Shown: positions 27,201-41,717 of the stretch, in pieces
Position numbering within the stretch: position 1 is the stretch's first letter
Layout: each line of letters begins with the position of its first letter
Assembly: GCA_964304625.1 (NCBI GenBank)
Contig: OZ199840.1
Span: 5,011,200-5,075,199, forward strand
Length of the DNA: 64,000 nucleotides
Source of the DNA: Kudoa neothunni
Taxonomy: Eukaryota > Animalia > Cnidaria
Reading direction: 5' to 3'
Program-made: the position numbers and the translations under genes
Notes under the pieces: model-generated
Databases searched by the model: none
Seen by the model: the letters and a program-made list of their open reading frames with translations, nothing else
What the model was told of the DNA's origin: nothing

Positions 27201-28319
27201 TCGATAATTGTTTACTTATTTTCTCTTAATGTGCGCGGTAGAACCTGTTTTCATTTTAATATGACGCATAGGATAATTTTTACAGTTATTTAAGCCTTTA
27301 TAATCTTGGATTCTAATCGACCACAAAAATCACAAATTGCATTAATTATATTTATTCACCTAATAACTTTAATTTTTGCATAAAATTTTAAATGATTATA
27401 ATATTCATGTGTTCATCGTAGGGGAACACTGGATATAAATCGTGTTTGATTCCAACAAGTATAAAAAATTCTTAACACAAAGTGCTCTGGGTTCTATTAG
27501 AATCCAGAATTTTATCTCATCAAAAGTAAAGAAAAGTGTTTTATAATTAAAATTTCTGCGAATTCTATCGATTAATTAACTAATAATTCAAGGGTAAAAT
27601 GTATAAACACTTGTGACCAGTGTCGAAAACAACCTGATCTAAGACATGAGCGACTACATGATGTGTTTTCCAGTATAAATGATAGCTATTAAAGTGAAAT
27701 CCTTGTCATTGATGATAATGTACGGTTTAATATATTTTCTGTTTATTTAAATAAAAAAAACTAGTCAGAGTCTACTGAAATACTCTCATTTTCCGAAACA
27801 CGGAGAGAGAACATAATGGATAGAGCTCCAGCCATTTCTGCCTATGCACCATACAGAATAATAGCGTTAGTTAACTGTCTACATATACTTTAGAGATCGG
27901 TTTTTACTGTTGTATTGCCAGAAATACAAATAAATTTGGATTTCAACATTGTCTCGAATTGTGATTAGAGTTGACGTTAGAGGTCGTAATTTTTGATTGA
28001 AACCGATAAATTTCGAAAATATCGATTTTTTAAATATTTGGGCGTTTTTCGATTAAAATCGAGATAATTTGGCGGTTATTTTTCGTTTTATTAAAGTTAG
28101 AAAAAGGAAACAAATTGACAATTAAATAGCCGAATAAACAGATTTAGATTAGGGAATCGATCAAAAAAATATACCAAAATTTTTTAACGTCGATCAACGA
28201 AAAATTCCACAGCAAGAGTTGTTGAAATATTCACTCCATAGAATTGATGAAATGATAAAATGACAGGTCATGGATTTTAGAGAATAAATAAATCAAAGTA
28301 TTCCATATTTTTTAGGGTA

Positions 28320-28440
28320 GGCCAAGATTTGGTGCATATTCCCCTATCACCTGCAGTCTTGGAAATAAGTTTCTCGAAATTAAAGGATCTTCTCAAAAGT
28401 TATAAGGTAAATTAAAGGTTGAACGAATGAGAACTCTCTA
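28320..28440 (+). pseudogene. hAT transposase dimerisation-domain relic
   Basis: Translates LVHIPLSPAVLEISFSKLKDLLKSYKVN*RLNE, resembling the hAT consensus IPASSA..ERSFSKL......R.RL. Confidence 0.5.
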
Positions 28441-29973
28441 AATTTTATAAAAAAAATTATATTTATGTTTATTTCATCGACATTGTGCATGAGAATAGTT
28501 TTCTATTCCACGCACTCGCCAATTTTAAAAGTAAACATCGACTTTAATCTTCGAATTTTTTAAAAATAGTCATCGAAAATTACGGCCTCTAGTTATCATG
28601 TGTAGATTTTCGAGCTTACATTGGTATTCTAATATACATGACGATATACAAATCTTAATTAGAATGTGTTAAATCATTACGGAGTGCAACTAAATGTAGA
28701 GCTATATTTCATAAAATCATGCCTTCACGTAGATTTGTTGAAACAACGACGACTCTACATTTTTAAGACTTTGAAAAAAGGTTTCAGCGAAGAGATGGCG
28801 TTACGATTTTCCCCATTCGACAAATATTTAAGAATTGGAATAATTTAATATCTAAATGTCTGATTCTTGATGTTGATTTATCTCTCTTTGTACGGCTCTC
28901 ATGACCATAACGCGGGGACCGATTGAATCAAAAATGAACCCCGTTTGATAAAAAAAATCTTAATCGCTTCAAACTTTTATTAAATTAACTCATCAAAATT
29001 TTCAACATAATTTCACGCCAAAAGTGGATAAATTGGATTCTAATATTCAATTTTCTATGTTAATCGTGAGCACGTCCAAGTAGATCAGTTACCTCGAATT
29101 TACTGAGGTTTCGAATCATAAAATCCATGAGAGGTTGGTTTAATTCATAAAAACTAAAATAATTGCTGGGTTAATCAATTAAACGTTAAAAATAGCTGGA
29201 ATGCAGTAGGAACATGACCTTTCCCGGACAGCTGTGATGATATGCATTTCCCTTAGCTCTCGGAGTACTCAGAATGGATAAGTGTATTTTGATCGTCTAA
29301 TTGCTTTTCAAAAAACTGTATTAAAGTTCATTTTTCAGTATCATGTGGGTTATACAAATATTTTAGGCAATCTGCAAAATAATATAGATATTTTACTAAG
29401 AAATTGAAGGAGCTTATTGTTAATATTATACAAGTGAATGAATTTTTGATTATATTTCATAATAAATTTTTTCAGACTTTTTAATTAAAAAATATTATCG
29501 TAAGTTTCACCTAATATAAACTATGAATACGTTGTCTCAACGAAAGTAAGTATTATTGGATGTCCATTATATAGTTATTTGTTTAATTCGAAATTCTTAA
29601 GTTCATAGAGACATTAATAGTTGCATTAAATGGTGAGATCAAAGCTCTTGGAGCTAAAAGCAAAATAGCTCACATGTGGTTGGGCACGACCCCACGTTGG
29701 ACTGGGGGAGGTTAATTAGAAAAATTTAATCATAAGGTGAATTTTATTATTGAAAATTTTATGTGAACTAATGTGTAATTGGCGTATTAAACATTGTTTA
29801 AATAATTATCCGATAAATGAGAATAAGAATAATTATATATTTAAAATTTATTAATTATTAAAAAATAAACAAAATATATTCGGAATAATTGAAACCTTAT
29901 TTATTAAGTTAAAAGTAAAGATAAACATAAATAGTTTTATAATAAGTAACAATTTATTAAACTTAATGTATTA

Positions 29974-32758
29974 TCAATATTTTTGTTGAGCTATATAGGC
30001 AGCGATGGCATCGAATGTTTGGTCAGCAATCTCCTATTAACAAATATTATTAGCAGATGTGAGAACGGTAGTAACTTGAGAGTCAGCTTCAACATATATA
30101 CGGACAATATCTTCGGTTCCAGAAGGTCTAATTAAAAATAAATTAAAAAGTTAAAATATTACACACGTAAAACCTGACAAAGGTTCTCAATTGATGCTCA
30201 TTATTTTCAACGACGACATTATCAAGGAATTGTTGTAAGTTAATGGGATTAGTTAGTTTTTTTTCGTCGTTAGGTTGTGTAACAAAACCGAACTTATCAT
30301 TTACCCCTACACTACCCAACCGAGTTTTAAGTTTGGAATATTTTTGAGTGAAAGAGTTGAGATCGGTCTGAGAAATCTCGAAAATTTAGAATAGATAAAA
30401 AAATAACTTTGTAGAAATTGGACACAGCTTCAACCATAAGTAGATTTGTTATTGGATCTCCAACTGCCTAAAAGTCATCATTATCATCGAAAAATAACAC
30501 ACCAACAACATTTTTACTTGATTAGACAATTTTAAGAAGGATATAAGAACTACATTAATTTGAAATAATTTATTGCATTATTGAAAGACTATACTTTCAG
30601 TATATTCGTGGTCGGTATCTTAAATACACAATAATATTTATATACACTTAATAGGAATGGTAGTTACTATGAGATTTAATGGATTTATTCATTAGAGTAC
30701 CGTCTAATTTTAACAAAAATAAAACCAAATGTGTTCTATCATAAACTACTATTATAGAAATAATCATATGGAAATTGTGACACACAAAATTCTTCTCTAA
30801 AAAAATTCATAAATTAGACAATACTAAATGAGAAATTACTTCGACCACTTTAATTTATCAATAATTTTGTCATAATTATACAGAATCTAATATGATAAGA
30901 ATGCAGATTAAATAGTTGTTGACTAAGCAAAGTACAGTTCCATGTCCATTAGATTCATAGTAAATTCCTATATCGAAATTTTTGGCCGCTTTATGCAAAT
31001 ATTTCACTCCAGTAGGAACACAAATAACAGAAATCTTTAGTATTATTTAAAAAATCATTAGAAAGCTAAAAAAAGCAAACAACATTTTTGAAGTTTTCCA
31101 AAAATTTAACCACACCACCATTTGTGTAAGCTGTATGTATAACACCTGGGTAGTAGTCATAATTATATTTATCGCCGATTGAAAATAGATACCAATAGAA
31201 ATATTATTCTCCTGAGAGTTTTTAGAGAAAGGTGTGTTTGTACGATTGAATAGGTCAATTAAAAAGTATGTGAACTAGTTATTAAATATAGAATCCATAT
31301 TAGTGAATAAAACTACCAAGCAACACATATCATCACCGTCAAACACTATCACTTGGTTATTATCTTAATTAGCTTATTTTAAAGAAAATAATGAGTGCTA
31401 AATACAAGAGAGAAATGAATAAATTAAACGGTCAGCATCACCATCAAATGAGGCGATTCTCCACGTGCCATCAATAGTTTTATCATCATCATCATCACTT
31501 ACTAATTTGAATAAACTTCATGCTATTATTAGAAATAATACAGGAGGGAAAACATTGATTTAATTTAACAAAATCGCTTCCACACTATACACATAATATA
31601 CATATACAGAGGATTATAGAAAATACATTGATATTCAGCAAATCACTGTTGGAATCATTGATTATTTGAAACGGTAGATATTCTTCAAATAATGAACGAT
31701 ATGCGTTGAGTGCAATGCCTCCAACACCATGAGCCACATCAATTAACAGTTTCTCGTTTGTCACAACGCTCTGAGACTTTTCCATCTAATATTTTATTGT
31801 TGAAAATATTGAATTAATAAAATCAAATACAAAATCCTTATAGCAACAAAACCAGTTGTTAAAATAAATCGAACAATGAAACGCTGAAGATATATTGAAC
31901 CATCGAAACATGTTACTACTGGGACTGCAGCTCAAATTAGAATATTTGACGATATAATGCAGCATAGGAGTAGTGACCTCGCCTACACATATATACATGT
32001 ACAAATTTTGCAGGTATATTTAAATTATAGATTAATAAAATTAAGGGGAATAATTTAAATCACCAATATCAATAATTTCAGTTTTAGGAAGAACACAAAA
32101 TCCGTTTGAAAGATCTTTCAACAACATGGGTCCACTTGATCTAATTAAATGGATAAAAATAAAATATTAAGCGTGCTTAAAAACCTATTATCTCGACCAA
32201 CAAAAATGTATGATTCAACATTTATGTTTATCTCAAATCTAGCTATAATATCGTTGATTTTGTGGAGTAAATCATCGTTTCTAATTAGAAATAAGACAAC
32301 TAGCTTCAAATTGGTGGTTATATAAACTTGGCATTAACGATTTCGGTGACTACCGATTCCCACTCCTTATCCAGCATTTCACCTGCTGTGTTAACTATTT
32401 TTACTCCATTATCCTATTATAAAATTTATTGATCAAATTAATGATTAAATTGTTGATTGGGATAACCTCTTTTGGATTGTGAGAGGCTGTGATCATAACA
32501 CCAATAGCTGGAAGAATAAAATCTGAACAGTTTTGCATATTTATTTTGGATCTTAGTGTTGCAGCTATTCCAACTCGATAAAACACTGCACTCAGCAGGC
32601 AGGAACTGATCGATTAGAATTCATATGAGTCACCAAATCATTCGTTATCCACATTACTTTGCTCGATATCCAGCCACTCCATATGAGAGTTTTAGATTTT
32701 GATCGACGTCAGGATATTGAATTTGTGCTTCGATTTTGTCTAGCGAGTGTTTACTCAT
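29974..32758 (-). CDS. PGM3: Phosphoacetylglucosamine mutase (AGM1)
   Basis: Motifs YGVAGYR, GVMITASHNP, VTTPMLHY, IDVAHGVG, RIASFDGDADRL, YESNGHGTV, RPSGTEDIVRIYVEA across many short introns. Confidence 0.95.
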
Positions 32759-34610
32759 TATTCCTCTTCATATACATATACATATATATGTATATATAGT
32801 GTGCCGCACGCATACATTCTTTTTGACGACTTTTTCTTACTTATGATTAGATCGGCTTACATGGACATGGCATGGTGCTCATGTATAAAAATTTTAGATT
32901 ATAAAAATTAGGCGAACATATGAAAATAACAAGATAATATATAAAAAGTAAACATTTTGGTTGAGTTATACATAAGAAATATATCAAATTTTGATAATGT
33001 GAATTAAATTATTTGTGCTAAATTAAGTATTTTTTTCTAATATAATAAATTAACACTATCGCTCTAACTGCTTGTAATTAAACATCTTATTTTTGCAATG
33101 TATATAATAAGAAAAAGCTGATTAATGATATATTAAAGTTGTTTAAATATACCTAAAAAATTTCCAAATTCCAAATGTATATATGTATATATTTATATAC
33201 GTATATACGTATATTTTTGTGGATGAGGAGTAATACGCACTTTGGCTTATTCATATAGAATTTATTACTTTTTGAACACATTATTTAAGATTGTGTTTAT
33301 AAAATTAATTAGGTTGAGTTTTTACAGCTTGGAAAATAATTTTCAGACAAAAATAAATTAAATATTGTAATTTAAACGCATTGTTGGGTAGTACGCTCCT
33401 TTTCCCCTGAAATTGACTTTAAAAAACGTGCGCATGTACTATTTAATTTATGAGATTGATTTATATAAATCTTCAGATTATGCTTATAATAAATAAAAAT
33501 AAAAAGCTATAAAATATTTGAAACTAATATAAAAAACTTAAAGCCACACCATTAAAAATTATGTTGTTATATTCATATTAATTTTAAATAGTAATCTATC
33601 CATAAAAATATACATTATTGAATTATATGAAAATAGAACTGTAAATATTAAACAAATGAATAAACGATTTTTTTTCTAAAAAAAGATATGCGAGCGGATT
33701 ACTTGAATAAAGTAAAATATTTCAGAGTTATTTCTCATAACAAATTATTTTTAGACGTAATGAAATTGTGAAGAAAATCATGTAAAATGTCTATTATATT
33801 AGATATTAGCTATTAGCTATTAGCTATGGTTGGTTATAAGGTTTTAAAGAACAGTTTAATCTGTGTAGGTTAAACTTTATAGTCATCCGAAGTTCGTTGA
33901 TGAATATAAGCCCAACAAATAACTAATAACTATGAAAATTTATAAACTCGAGATGAGGTAAAAATTTAACTAAGAAAATTCATTATTCAATTTTCTATAC
34001 AGAAAATATTAAAATTATATAAAGAAATCTTTTTGGTTGATCAAGACGATTTTCAACTATTTAAAACATTATTAAAGTATTACTTTAAAAATATTACATA
34101 TCGAAACAAAGACGATGAAAAAATATCTAAAACACAAAAACCATTTAAATGTCTCATATGTATAAAAGGGTTTAAAACAAAAAATGGTTCTTTTTATTTC
34201 AAAAAGCACACTTAACACTTAGAAGAAGATTTGTATAACATTACATGGAGTACTACAAACAAGTTAAATTAATAGATGTTCTCTAAAGTAAATTATTACA
34301 ATAATAATTAAAAAATAATTGAATTTTGAATATATGGGTAATGCACATATATATGCATATTACCCCTCGATTGTTGATTGCCGATTGCTGGCTATTTCAC
34401 ACTTTCTCCAGTCCCCAAGAGATTACCTATTACCTGTCACCCACTGTATCATCACTGTATACAGTTGAGACTTGGTACTGCGTAATTTAACGTTATTAGC
34501 GTCATGTGCTTTAGTTCACTAAATTCAACATACAAATCATATTCATTATGCTTGAATTGATAAGAATATGAAAAATGCAAAAATTTTGAACAACCGGATA
34601 TTAACATTAA

Positions 34611-35540
34611 CCTTCTAGATAGCTGAAATTTTGACACCCTCCAAATAAAAATTGGGTAGAAATTTATCCCACGGTTTTATTCTATTAAATTGTTCCAAAT
34701 AAAATTCGGCTCTGACTGACAAAATATGAGGAAAACTCATTGAATAAATTTGGAATAAATGACCAATTATTAAAGTTATAATCTATGTACGCATGCGCAT
34801 ATATTAATGTTGTTACATTTCCAGGGGGTATGATCGTATTTATAGGTGTTTTTTAGTTTTAACATTTAATCCAAGTTTTACAACAGCTGCCAATTAATTT
34901 AACTTATTATAAACAATGCAGTGTATAACTGCGTAAAACACACAAAATGATGGAAAATAATGCTTATATCACTAATAAATAATCATATATATTTCTAGAA
35001 CACAAAACCTGTCAAAATATTGAACAATTATATGATATGCCTTTTTAATGCTCTCTACAATGAAGCAAGTAGCAAACTGATGAAAAGTCATCGTATTTTG
35101 AATAACCGGTATAAAAATAATGAGAGAACGAGGAGCTATCGTTGTGGTCTGGAGAGAACAACATACTTATTTATAAGTTATAACTTATAATTATGCCGCG
35201 CATGCGGAATGGCATAGTGTGCATAATGTTTCGTTATTTCTTCATTATTTACTCGATAGAATTTAGGTAGATTTTTAAAAATCACATATATAAATATTTT
35301 AATTAGTTTTATGTAAGAAAAATGTGGGGTAGATTTCTACCCCAATTTTATTTGGAAGGTGTTTTTACATTAACTTTTTTGATATGTTTGATATATGAAA
35401 AAAATTCAACTCAGTTTCCTGAAAGTTTTCATAGAGATAAAAGACTACAAAAGTGGAGGGCAGTTATGTTAAACTTTTATAATATAATGTTGGCAAAATT
35501 CACTTGAGGGAGAAATCCACCCCATTTTTACTTGGAAGGT
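34611..35540 (+). mobile_element. piggyBac-type MITE, copy 1
   Basis: TTAA 34607-10 then CCTTCTAGATAG; inverted homologue of 39619-40538; subterminal GGGGTAGATTTCTACCC repeats, with a further fragment at ~35684-35721. Confidence 0.7.
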
Positions 35541-35842
35541 ATTATTGAAGTAACTTTTGTTATATTTAACTAATACACCTTTTCATTGCTTATATTTATA
35601 CCATAAGAACAGTTACTAGATTAGACTGGATTTGGAACGTTTTATTTGAATTTATTTGGTAAAAAAATGACTTCAAACATCACGAGGGGTAGATTTCTAC
35701 CACATTTTACCTGGTTGGAGGATTGATGTTGTTTTATTTTTAAAGTCAACAACATTTCAAATGATGTTAATAATTTTTTTTGATTTATTGTCGACCAGTG
35801 AATTATATTTACACTTTATATCAATATATGTTGTTTTTTTAA

Positions 35843-36235
35843 ATGTTGCTTACTATGTTTAAATATTGGAGTTTGCGCATTACCAATCTAATCCTTAATT
35901 TATGGTGTGGTGAAAAAATGAAACCGACTTCTCTCAACCCCCAAATGGTGTTTAAGTTGTATAGAAATTTTCTAAAACTCACTTCGTCAATTAAGTCGGA
36001 ACCATCCAGGTTAGAATATGACATGGGATAGGATTTCTTTCGTTGTAAAGTTTGCTGCATTCAAAATGATTCCTTTAGATACAGACAGATTGAAAAATTT
36101 AAAAGAATGGTCACCGATGTAGATCAAGCTCTAACCAAAAACGATATGGATGCTGCCAAAAAAAAGTACTCCGAAGCCAAAGACTATTACAATCGAATTG
36201 AGAGTGTTTGTAAAATCTCCAAAAATAGAGGATGA
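35843..36235 (+). CDS. Putative small protein of unknown function
   Basis: ORF 35843-36031 continues in the same frame beyond one TAG to 36235; a 69-nt GT-AG intron (36010-36078) would remove the stop; the C-terminal part looks amphipathic-helical. Confidence 0.4.
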
Positions 36236-37114
36236 ATTTTTGAGATTTTGTATAATAGGTTCATCTTTTTAATCATTATTTTTCTTCTCATATAATTTTT
36301 TAAATTGGAAAATGAAATAAAATCAAATCTATTTAAAATGTGAGACTGTTGAATATTGGTGGATGGCTACAATAAATTCTAAGGATACAATCCTAGTATA
36401 ATAGTTTATAATTTATAAAGCTTGAATATATTTGATTATAACAAAAACTACCGAAAAATCACTAATTAAAACTATTCGTACATTTTTTATATTTAAAAAA
36501 ATTGTAAATGGAACATTTAAAGCGTACTTGTCAAGTTCAATATATTAAAGTCATGATATGGAAGGATTATCTAATTATTATATACAGAGAGACAACATAG
36601 TGAAATTAATGATTGATTATAACATATCAACATCAAATTAATATCATTCTGAAGTAAACCGATTTTAATTCAAATATTGAAATTTGGTAATCCGTATAAC
36701 CAATTTAAACATATAAAACTACGGTTTTATAGGTACTTCATATGGTTTTAATGAGATAATTTAAACAAAATCGCAAAATACGAAAGGTTTCATAAATGTA
36801 CGTTTTTATTGAAAATATTCTGATGCACTTGATTTATATCTTTAATACAGACATTAGATCTTAATTTTTGTAATCATAAATATTAGATAAAAGCACTTTT
36901 AATTAATCTTGATTAAAAAAATTGTTTTCTGATTAATACAAATGTAATTAGGCAAATTAAAATTAAGTATTATTTGTGAGTTATATCTTAATTAATATAA
37001 ATCTATAGCATACATAATTTTGATGATAAATTTATTTAACCTATACAAAGAAATAAAACTGAAAGAAAATAAAATTTTGCATCCATCGAATCATCGAATA
37101 ACTTTTCTCCGAAC

Positions 37115-38065
37115 TCAAACGTTGGACAAGTTTATAATCATTCTTCTTAGCTTATGCAGACCAACGGTTGAAATAGAAATATCTCGATTAGGAATTTTAT
37201 TTACATTTTCATTCTCGTGTTGATCTTTTTTAATTAATTTGTCTATGGAAAAAAAGTTATATATCATACTCTGTTCGGATGAATAAAAATTAATTATATT
37301 TACGTGACGCTTTGTTGGGAACAAGTGCTACTTGTAATTCTGTGCACATGTTTACGTATAAACATTGATTCTCGGATTGATATAAACATCCTTGATTATT
37401 CTAATTCTAATATAAATATCTATCAACGTTTTAATCGTATAATTTTTGTTTTCAACAATCGAAAATATCTTTTATGTATAAAATACTTTTTCTTGTTTTT
37501 CTATGCAATCCAAATAAAACACTATCTACACGTAGTGAAGTGTTTTTATAGTGCATATAACATACTAAGCACGGAACACACGTTTCCTTTTCATAAAAAT
37601 TCATAACTAAATCCATACACGTTTATTTTTATATTATTTCTCGGATTAAAGAAAATTTATTGTAATTACTATGATCATAAATACACCGGGCATACTTTGA
37701 ACAAAGGATATCTACGTTTGGATATTCGTTAATGAACTTTTGCATATTTTGCCAAGCACGATCAGTAATTTTTTCCTTGAGAAAAATTACAGGTACTAAA
37801 ATAGATCATTACTTTTTTGACTTCATTAAAAGATTCTATATCTTTAATTTCCACCAATGATAATCCTACTGAAAACATTGCTGGTAAAGACAAGTATACC
37901 TAGAATATGTATTGAAATTTTTCGATCAATAAAAACTTGTGAATGGGCATAGAAATAGATGGAAAAATAGTAAAAAATTGCTAAAAATAAATATATTTAT
38001 TACAAAAGTTTAACTCGATAATTAATACGAAGTATGCTCCAAAAATAATTAACAACGAGACCCAT
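37115..38065 (-). CDS. Secreted Cys-rich family, copy A
   Basis: Spliced MGLVVNYFWSILPIFYYFSIYFYAHSQ / VYLSLPAMFSVGLSLVEIKDIESFNEVKK / ...AWQNMQKFINEYPNVDILCSKYARC / MNFYEKETCVPCL / IVFYLDCIEKQEK / NNQGCLYQSENQCLYVNMC; 3' end uncertain. Confidence 0.75.
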
Positions 38066-38755
38066 GTTTTTACAGACAGTCTCGCAGCACACTATTTTAC
38101 AATAGTTTCCCTGATAGTAAATATAATAAGCCTGTGTTCTTGCCTATTACGCATATATCCTTCTATCGAACAAAGTGATAAAATGTTTAATTTAATCAAT
38201 AAAAAATAATTACTTTGATTTCAAATTATATTAAAAGATATTATAATCTAATTGATAGTTTCTTTTGAAAAGTTATAATAAAGAATTAATTATATATGGA
38301 TTAATTTTTGTAATAAATATCAAAAAAATAACTTTGAAATATTTAATATTGAATAAATAAAATACCTAAATACATAATTAATTAATGACATATATTCCAA
38401 TATCAAAAAACCAAAAAAATCTATTTATCACTACTCTAAGAAGAAGTTTGTAATTTCTCATTTTTAATAGTTAATGTTCTAATGTCCATTAAAATTATTT
38501 TTTCAACAGTTAGAATGTTAACTTCTTAAATTATCAGGTTTATTTTACGATTCTGCGGTTTAGCATTAATATTCGAAAAGTCGATAATATTAACTAGTAA
38601 ACATAATAACATACCGAATCCGAATAAATATTATTTCATTAAAATTTTTAATTACTAAAATTAACAACATATTTACAAATGTGGAATTAAATAGCTTTCA
38701 TTTATCATTAGGTTGTTGATGTCAAATGATGCCCTCATCCAAACAGCGGAGGGGA

Positions 38756-39360
38756 ATTTTTTTGTTTACAAGGTCAAAACCCTGGCGCAACTATTTTAGT
38801 TTTTGAAGTTCGGGCCGGTTAGACCTTCATCATTTACGCTTTAGGCATTGCAGCGTCATATTAAGGCGACTTACGTTTATGCGGTAGTGTGGGGTTTTAA
38901 CCCACTAAATATACTAAATAAATATACTAAATATACTAAATAAATATACTAAATATACTAAATAAATATACTAAATATACTAAATATCCTCGTTTCGGAG
39001 CAACCACTCGACCATACCTTGGGCTAACCCAGAATTGGTCTGGGAAAGTCGTCTAAATGAATGTGGGCGTTGGCACTACGGATACCTCCTACTGGGTTTT
39101 ATTTCTTTCTTGAACCCTCACGTTTATGAGCGCCGGAGTTCAACCCATCCGCCAGACTCCCTTCCCAGCTGTAAGCAACACCGCGATAAATCGTAGATCC
39201 TTGCGATTACTACAGCTTTCCTATTTGATTTCTGATTGGGAGTACAGAAACGCCCGGAGTAGGATTCGAACTCGCAACATAACACTAATGTGCCATATTG
39301 TCGAGGCATTTTAGGAGGTAAAATGACCCACAGCTAATGATGACGTGACTTTTTTGTGGC
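38756..39360 (-). mobile_element. Second non-LTR/SINE-like fragment with an internal tandem expansion
   Basis: Shares TTGTTTACAAGGT.AAA.CCCTGGCGCAACT and TAGTGTGGG..TTTAACCCA with 12012-12200; CTAAATATA/CTAAATAAATATA array at ~38905-38987; distal end approximate. Confidence 0.65.
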
Positions 39361-39618
39361 GTGCCTGAGGACTAAGATAACATGAAGGAAACATATTTTA
39401 TTTGAATACTAGTATAAAACCAAGTAATATTAGGCTTCGCGAGTTAAATATATGAAACATCTTTAAAGGCATTAATTCGGTGAAACTGATAAGTAGAAAG
39501 AACATTGTATCGAGCATACATCGCCGTTCCCTACATTAAAGATAATTTATATTTATTTTGAGAATTTTTGTAATTTATACAAGGTTCACATAAACAATTT
39601 GATATTTCAATTATTTAA

Positions 39619-40538
39619 CCGTCTAAATAAAATGGATAAAATTCTACCCCAAGTGAATTTTTCCAACAATATTATAGAATATAATTGGAACATAACTCCT
39701 CTACAGTTTGTGAGTCCTTTATCGTTATGAAATCTTTCAGAAAAATGAACTGAAATTTTTATTTGTCATATATACAAAAAGATAATGTAAAAACACTTTC
39801 CAAATAAAAATGGGTTGAAAATCTACACCACAATTTTCTTTCATAAAATTATTTATAATGTTGATACAGGTGAGTTTAGAAAATCTACCGAAATTCTATC
39901 GAGTAAATAATGAATAATGAAACACTTGTCAGAACGCATGCGCAACACTAATTAAAGAAAGTCATTCTCTCCAGAATACAACGATACCTCCTCATTCTTT
40001 CATTATTTTTATACTAATTATTCAAAATACGATTACTTCATTAGTTTGCTTATTTCTACATTGTAGAGAGCACTCCAAAATATATGTGAAAATTGTTAAT
40101 CTATATTCTTAGTTTCGTATTGTAGAGAGTATTAAAATACATGATATAATTGTTCAACATTTTGACAAATTTTATGTTTTAGAAAGAGTTTAAAAACATA
40201 TATGTTAACTTTTTTGTGAAATAAGCATTATTTTACATCATTTTGTGTTTTTCGGCGCTATTTTACACTGCGTTGTTCAAAATAAAATAAATTAATTGGC
40301 TGCTGTTATAAAACTTTAACAAAATGTTACAACTAACATAACGCAGAAATACAATCACACTCCAAAGAAACGTAACTACATCAATATTTGCGCATGCGTA
40401 CATAGAATATTACTTTAATAATTGGTCATTTATTCAAAATTTACCCAATGAATTTTCATCATATTTTGTCAGTCCATGCTGAATTTTAATTAAGACAATT
40501 TTGGTTGGATGGTGAAAATTTTTCAACTATTTAGAAGG
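39619..40538 (-). mobile_element. piggyBac-type MITE, copy 2
   Basis: TTAA at 39615-18 and 40539-42, TIR CC(G/T)TCTAAATA; inverted homologue of 34611-35540. Confidence 0.75.
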
Positions 40539-40921
40539 TTAAGTAAATAAACGTGAAATTATATTTATATGGTAATTCTAAAGAGATATTTCAACATATT
40601 ATGTTTAATTAATTTTATTAAATTAAATATTTATATATAAATGAATTATCATATTTTTTCAAATTTGAGTTTGAATGATAATTTTTTAAAATAAATTATA
40701 GGCTCATTATACAATAATTGAAAAAAATAAGAAAACACATATTTGAGAGTATATTTATAGAGATTCTCTTTATTTGGATTTTTTGTAGATAATAACTATA
40801 CGTATGAGTCGAAATTCGCCTAGATTTGGAATAATTCGGTCTCGATTTTCTAATAGGTTTTCCATTTTGTTTTGATATTTGCCAATTATTTCGACTGAGT
40901 GAAAAATTTAAATTTAACCAT

Positions 40922-41717
40922 TTATTTTTGTTGGTCATATTTACTCCGAGTGGGATTAGGGTTGGCAGGCACTTGATTATTTGCGCACATATCCACATAA
41001 TAGCATTGATTTTCAGCTTGACACAGACAAGCAAGACTACTCTAAAATATGAGTATAATAAATATTCCTAATTACAAAAATATCTAAGGATTATCATATT
41101 TTAATTGGAATTTTTGGGGTAATTCTTGTGGTTTATTTTAAAATGTTCATACCATCTCTTCTTTTTCCATACAATGCGTATAAAATACAACCTATTAATT
41201 TATAAACAATGAAATAATTAATAAATTAATTTACTATGCAAGGAGAACATTCTGCCTTTGGTTTAAAATATATAACTATAAAATAAATAAATTTTTTGAA
41301 GGTTTATTAACATGATATTTGGTACTTTTATTATTTTCACATTTAGCATAGACTAAACAAAGTACGTTTTTAACCGGATATCTGTTGATGAAACCCTCCA
41401 TATCCAACCAACCATGGTAAGTTATATTCTCCTAAAAAATAAATTTGATCATTAAATATATTAGTTACTTTGTTGACTTCTTTAAACGGCTTTAAGTTTC
41501 GAATGTTTATTAATGAGAGTCCCAATGATGTTGTAGCAGACTCCGATAGAGAAACCTAAATATAATGACGGAATCGTCCATATTATTTAGATACTCGTTC
41601 TGTAGCTTCAAAATAAATGGAAAAGTAAAAATAAACTATTTAAAAATAGGTGTATTCATTTTTAAATATGTAATAATTCTTTTATATACTAGCAATGCTC
41701 AAGTAATAATAATTCAT
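40922..41717 (-). CDS. Secreted Cys-rich family, copy B
   Basis: MNYYYLSIAIYFYFSIYFEATER / VSLSESATTSLGLSLINIRNLKPFKEVNK / ENITYHGWLDMEGFINRYPVKNVLCLVYAKC / YFKPKAECSPCI / VVFYTHCMEKEEM / SSLACLCQAENQCYYVDMC. Confidence 0.78.

Noticed and set aside
34033-34215. C2H2-like fragment KPFKCLICIKGFKTK
   Set aside because: His spacing is incomplete and no gene model could be built; probably a relic.
38905-38987. Repeat array as a possible CRISPR
   Set aside because: Simple tandem units with no unique spacers, in a eukaryotic context.
39240-39310. Possible tRNA gene
   Set aside because: Only a B-box-like motif; no cloverleaf could be folded by eye.
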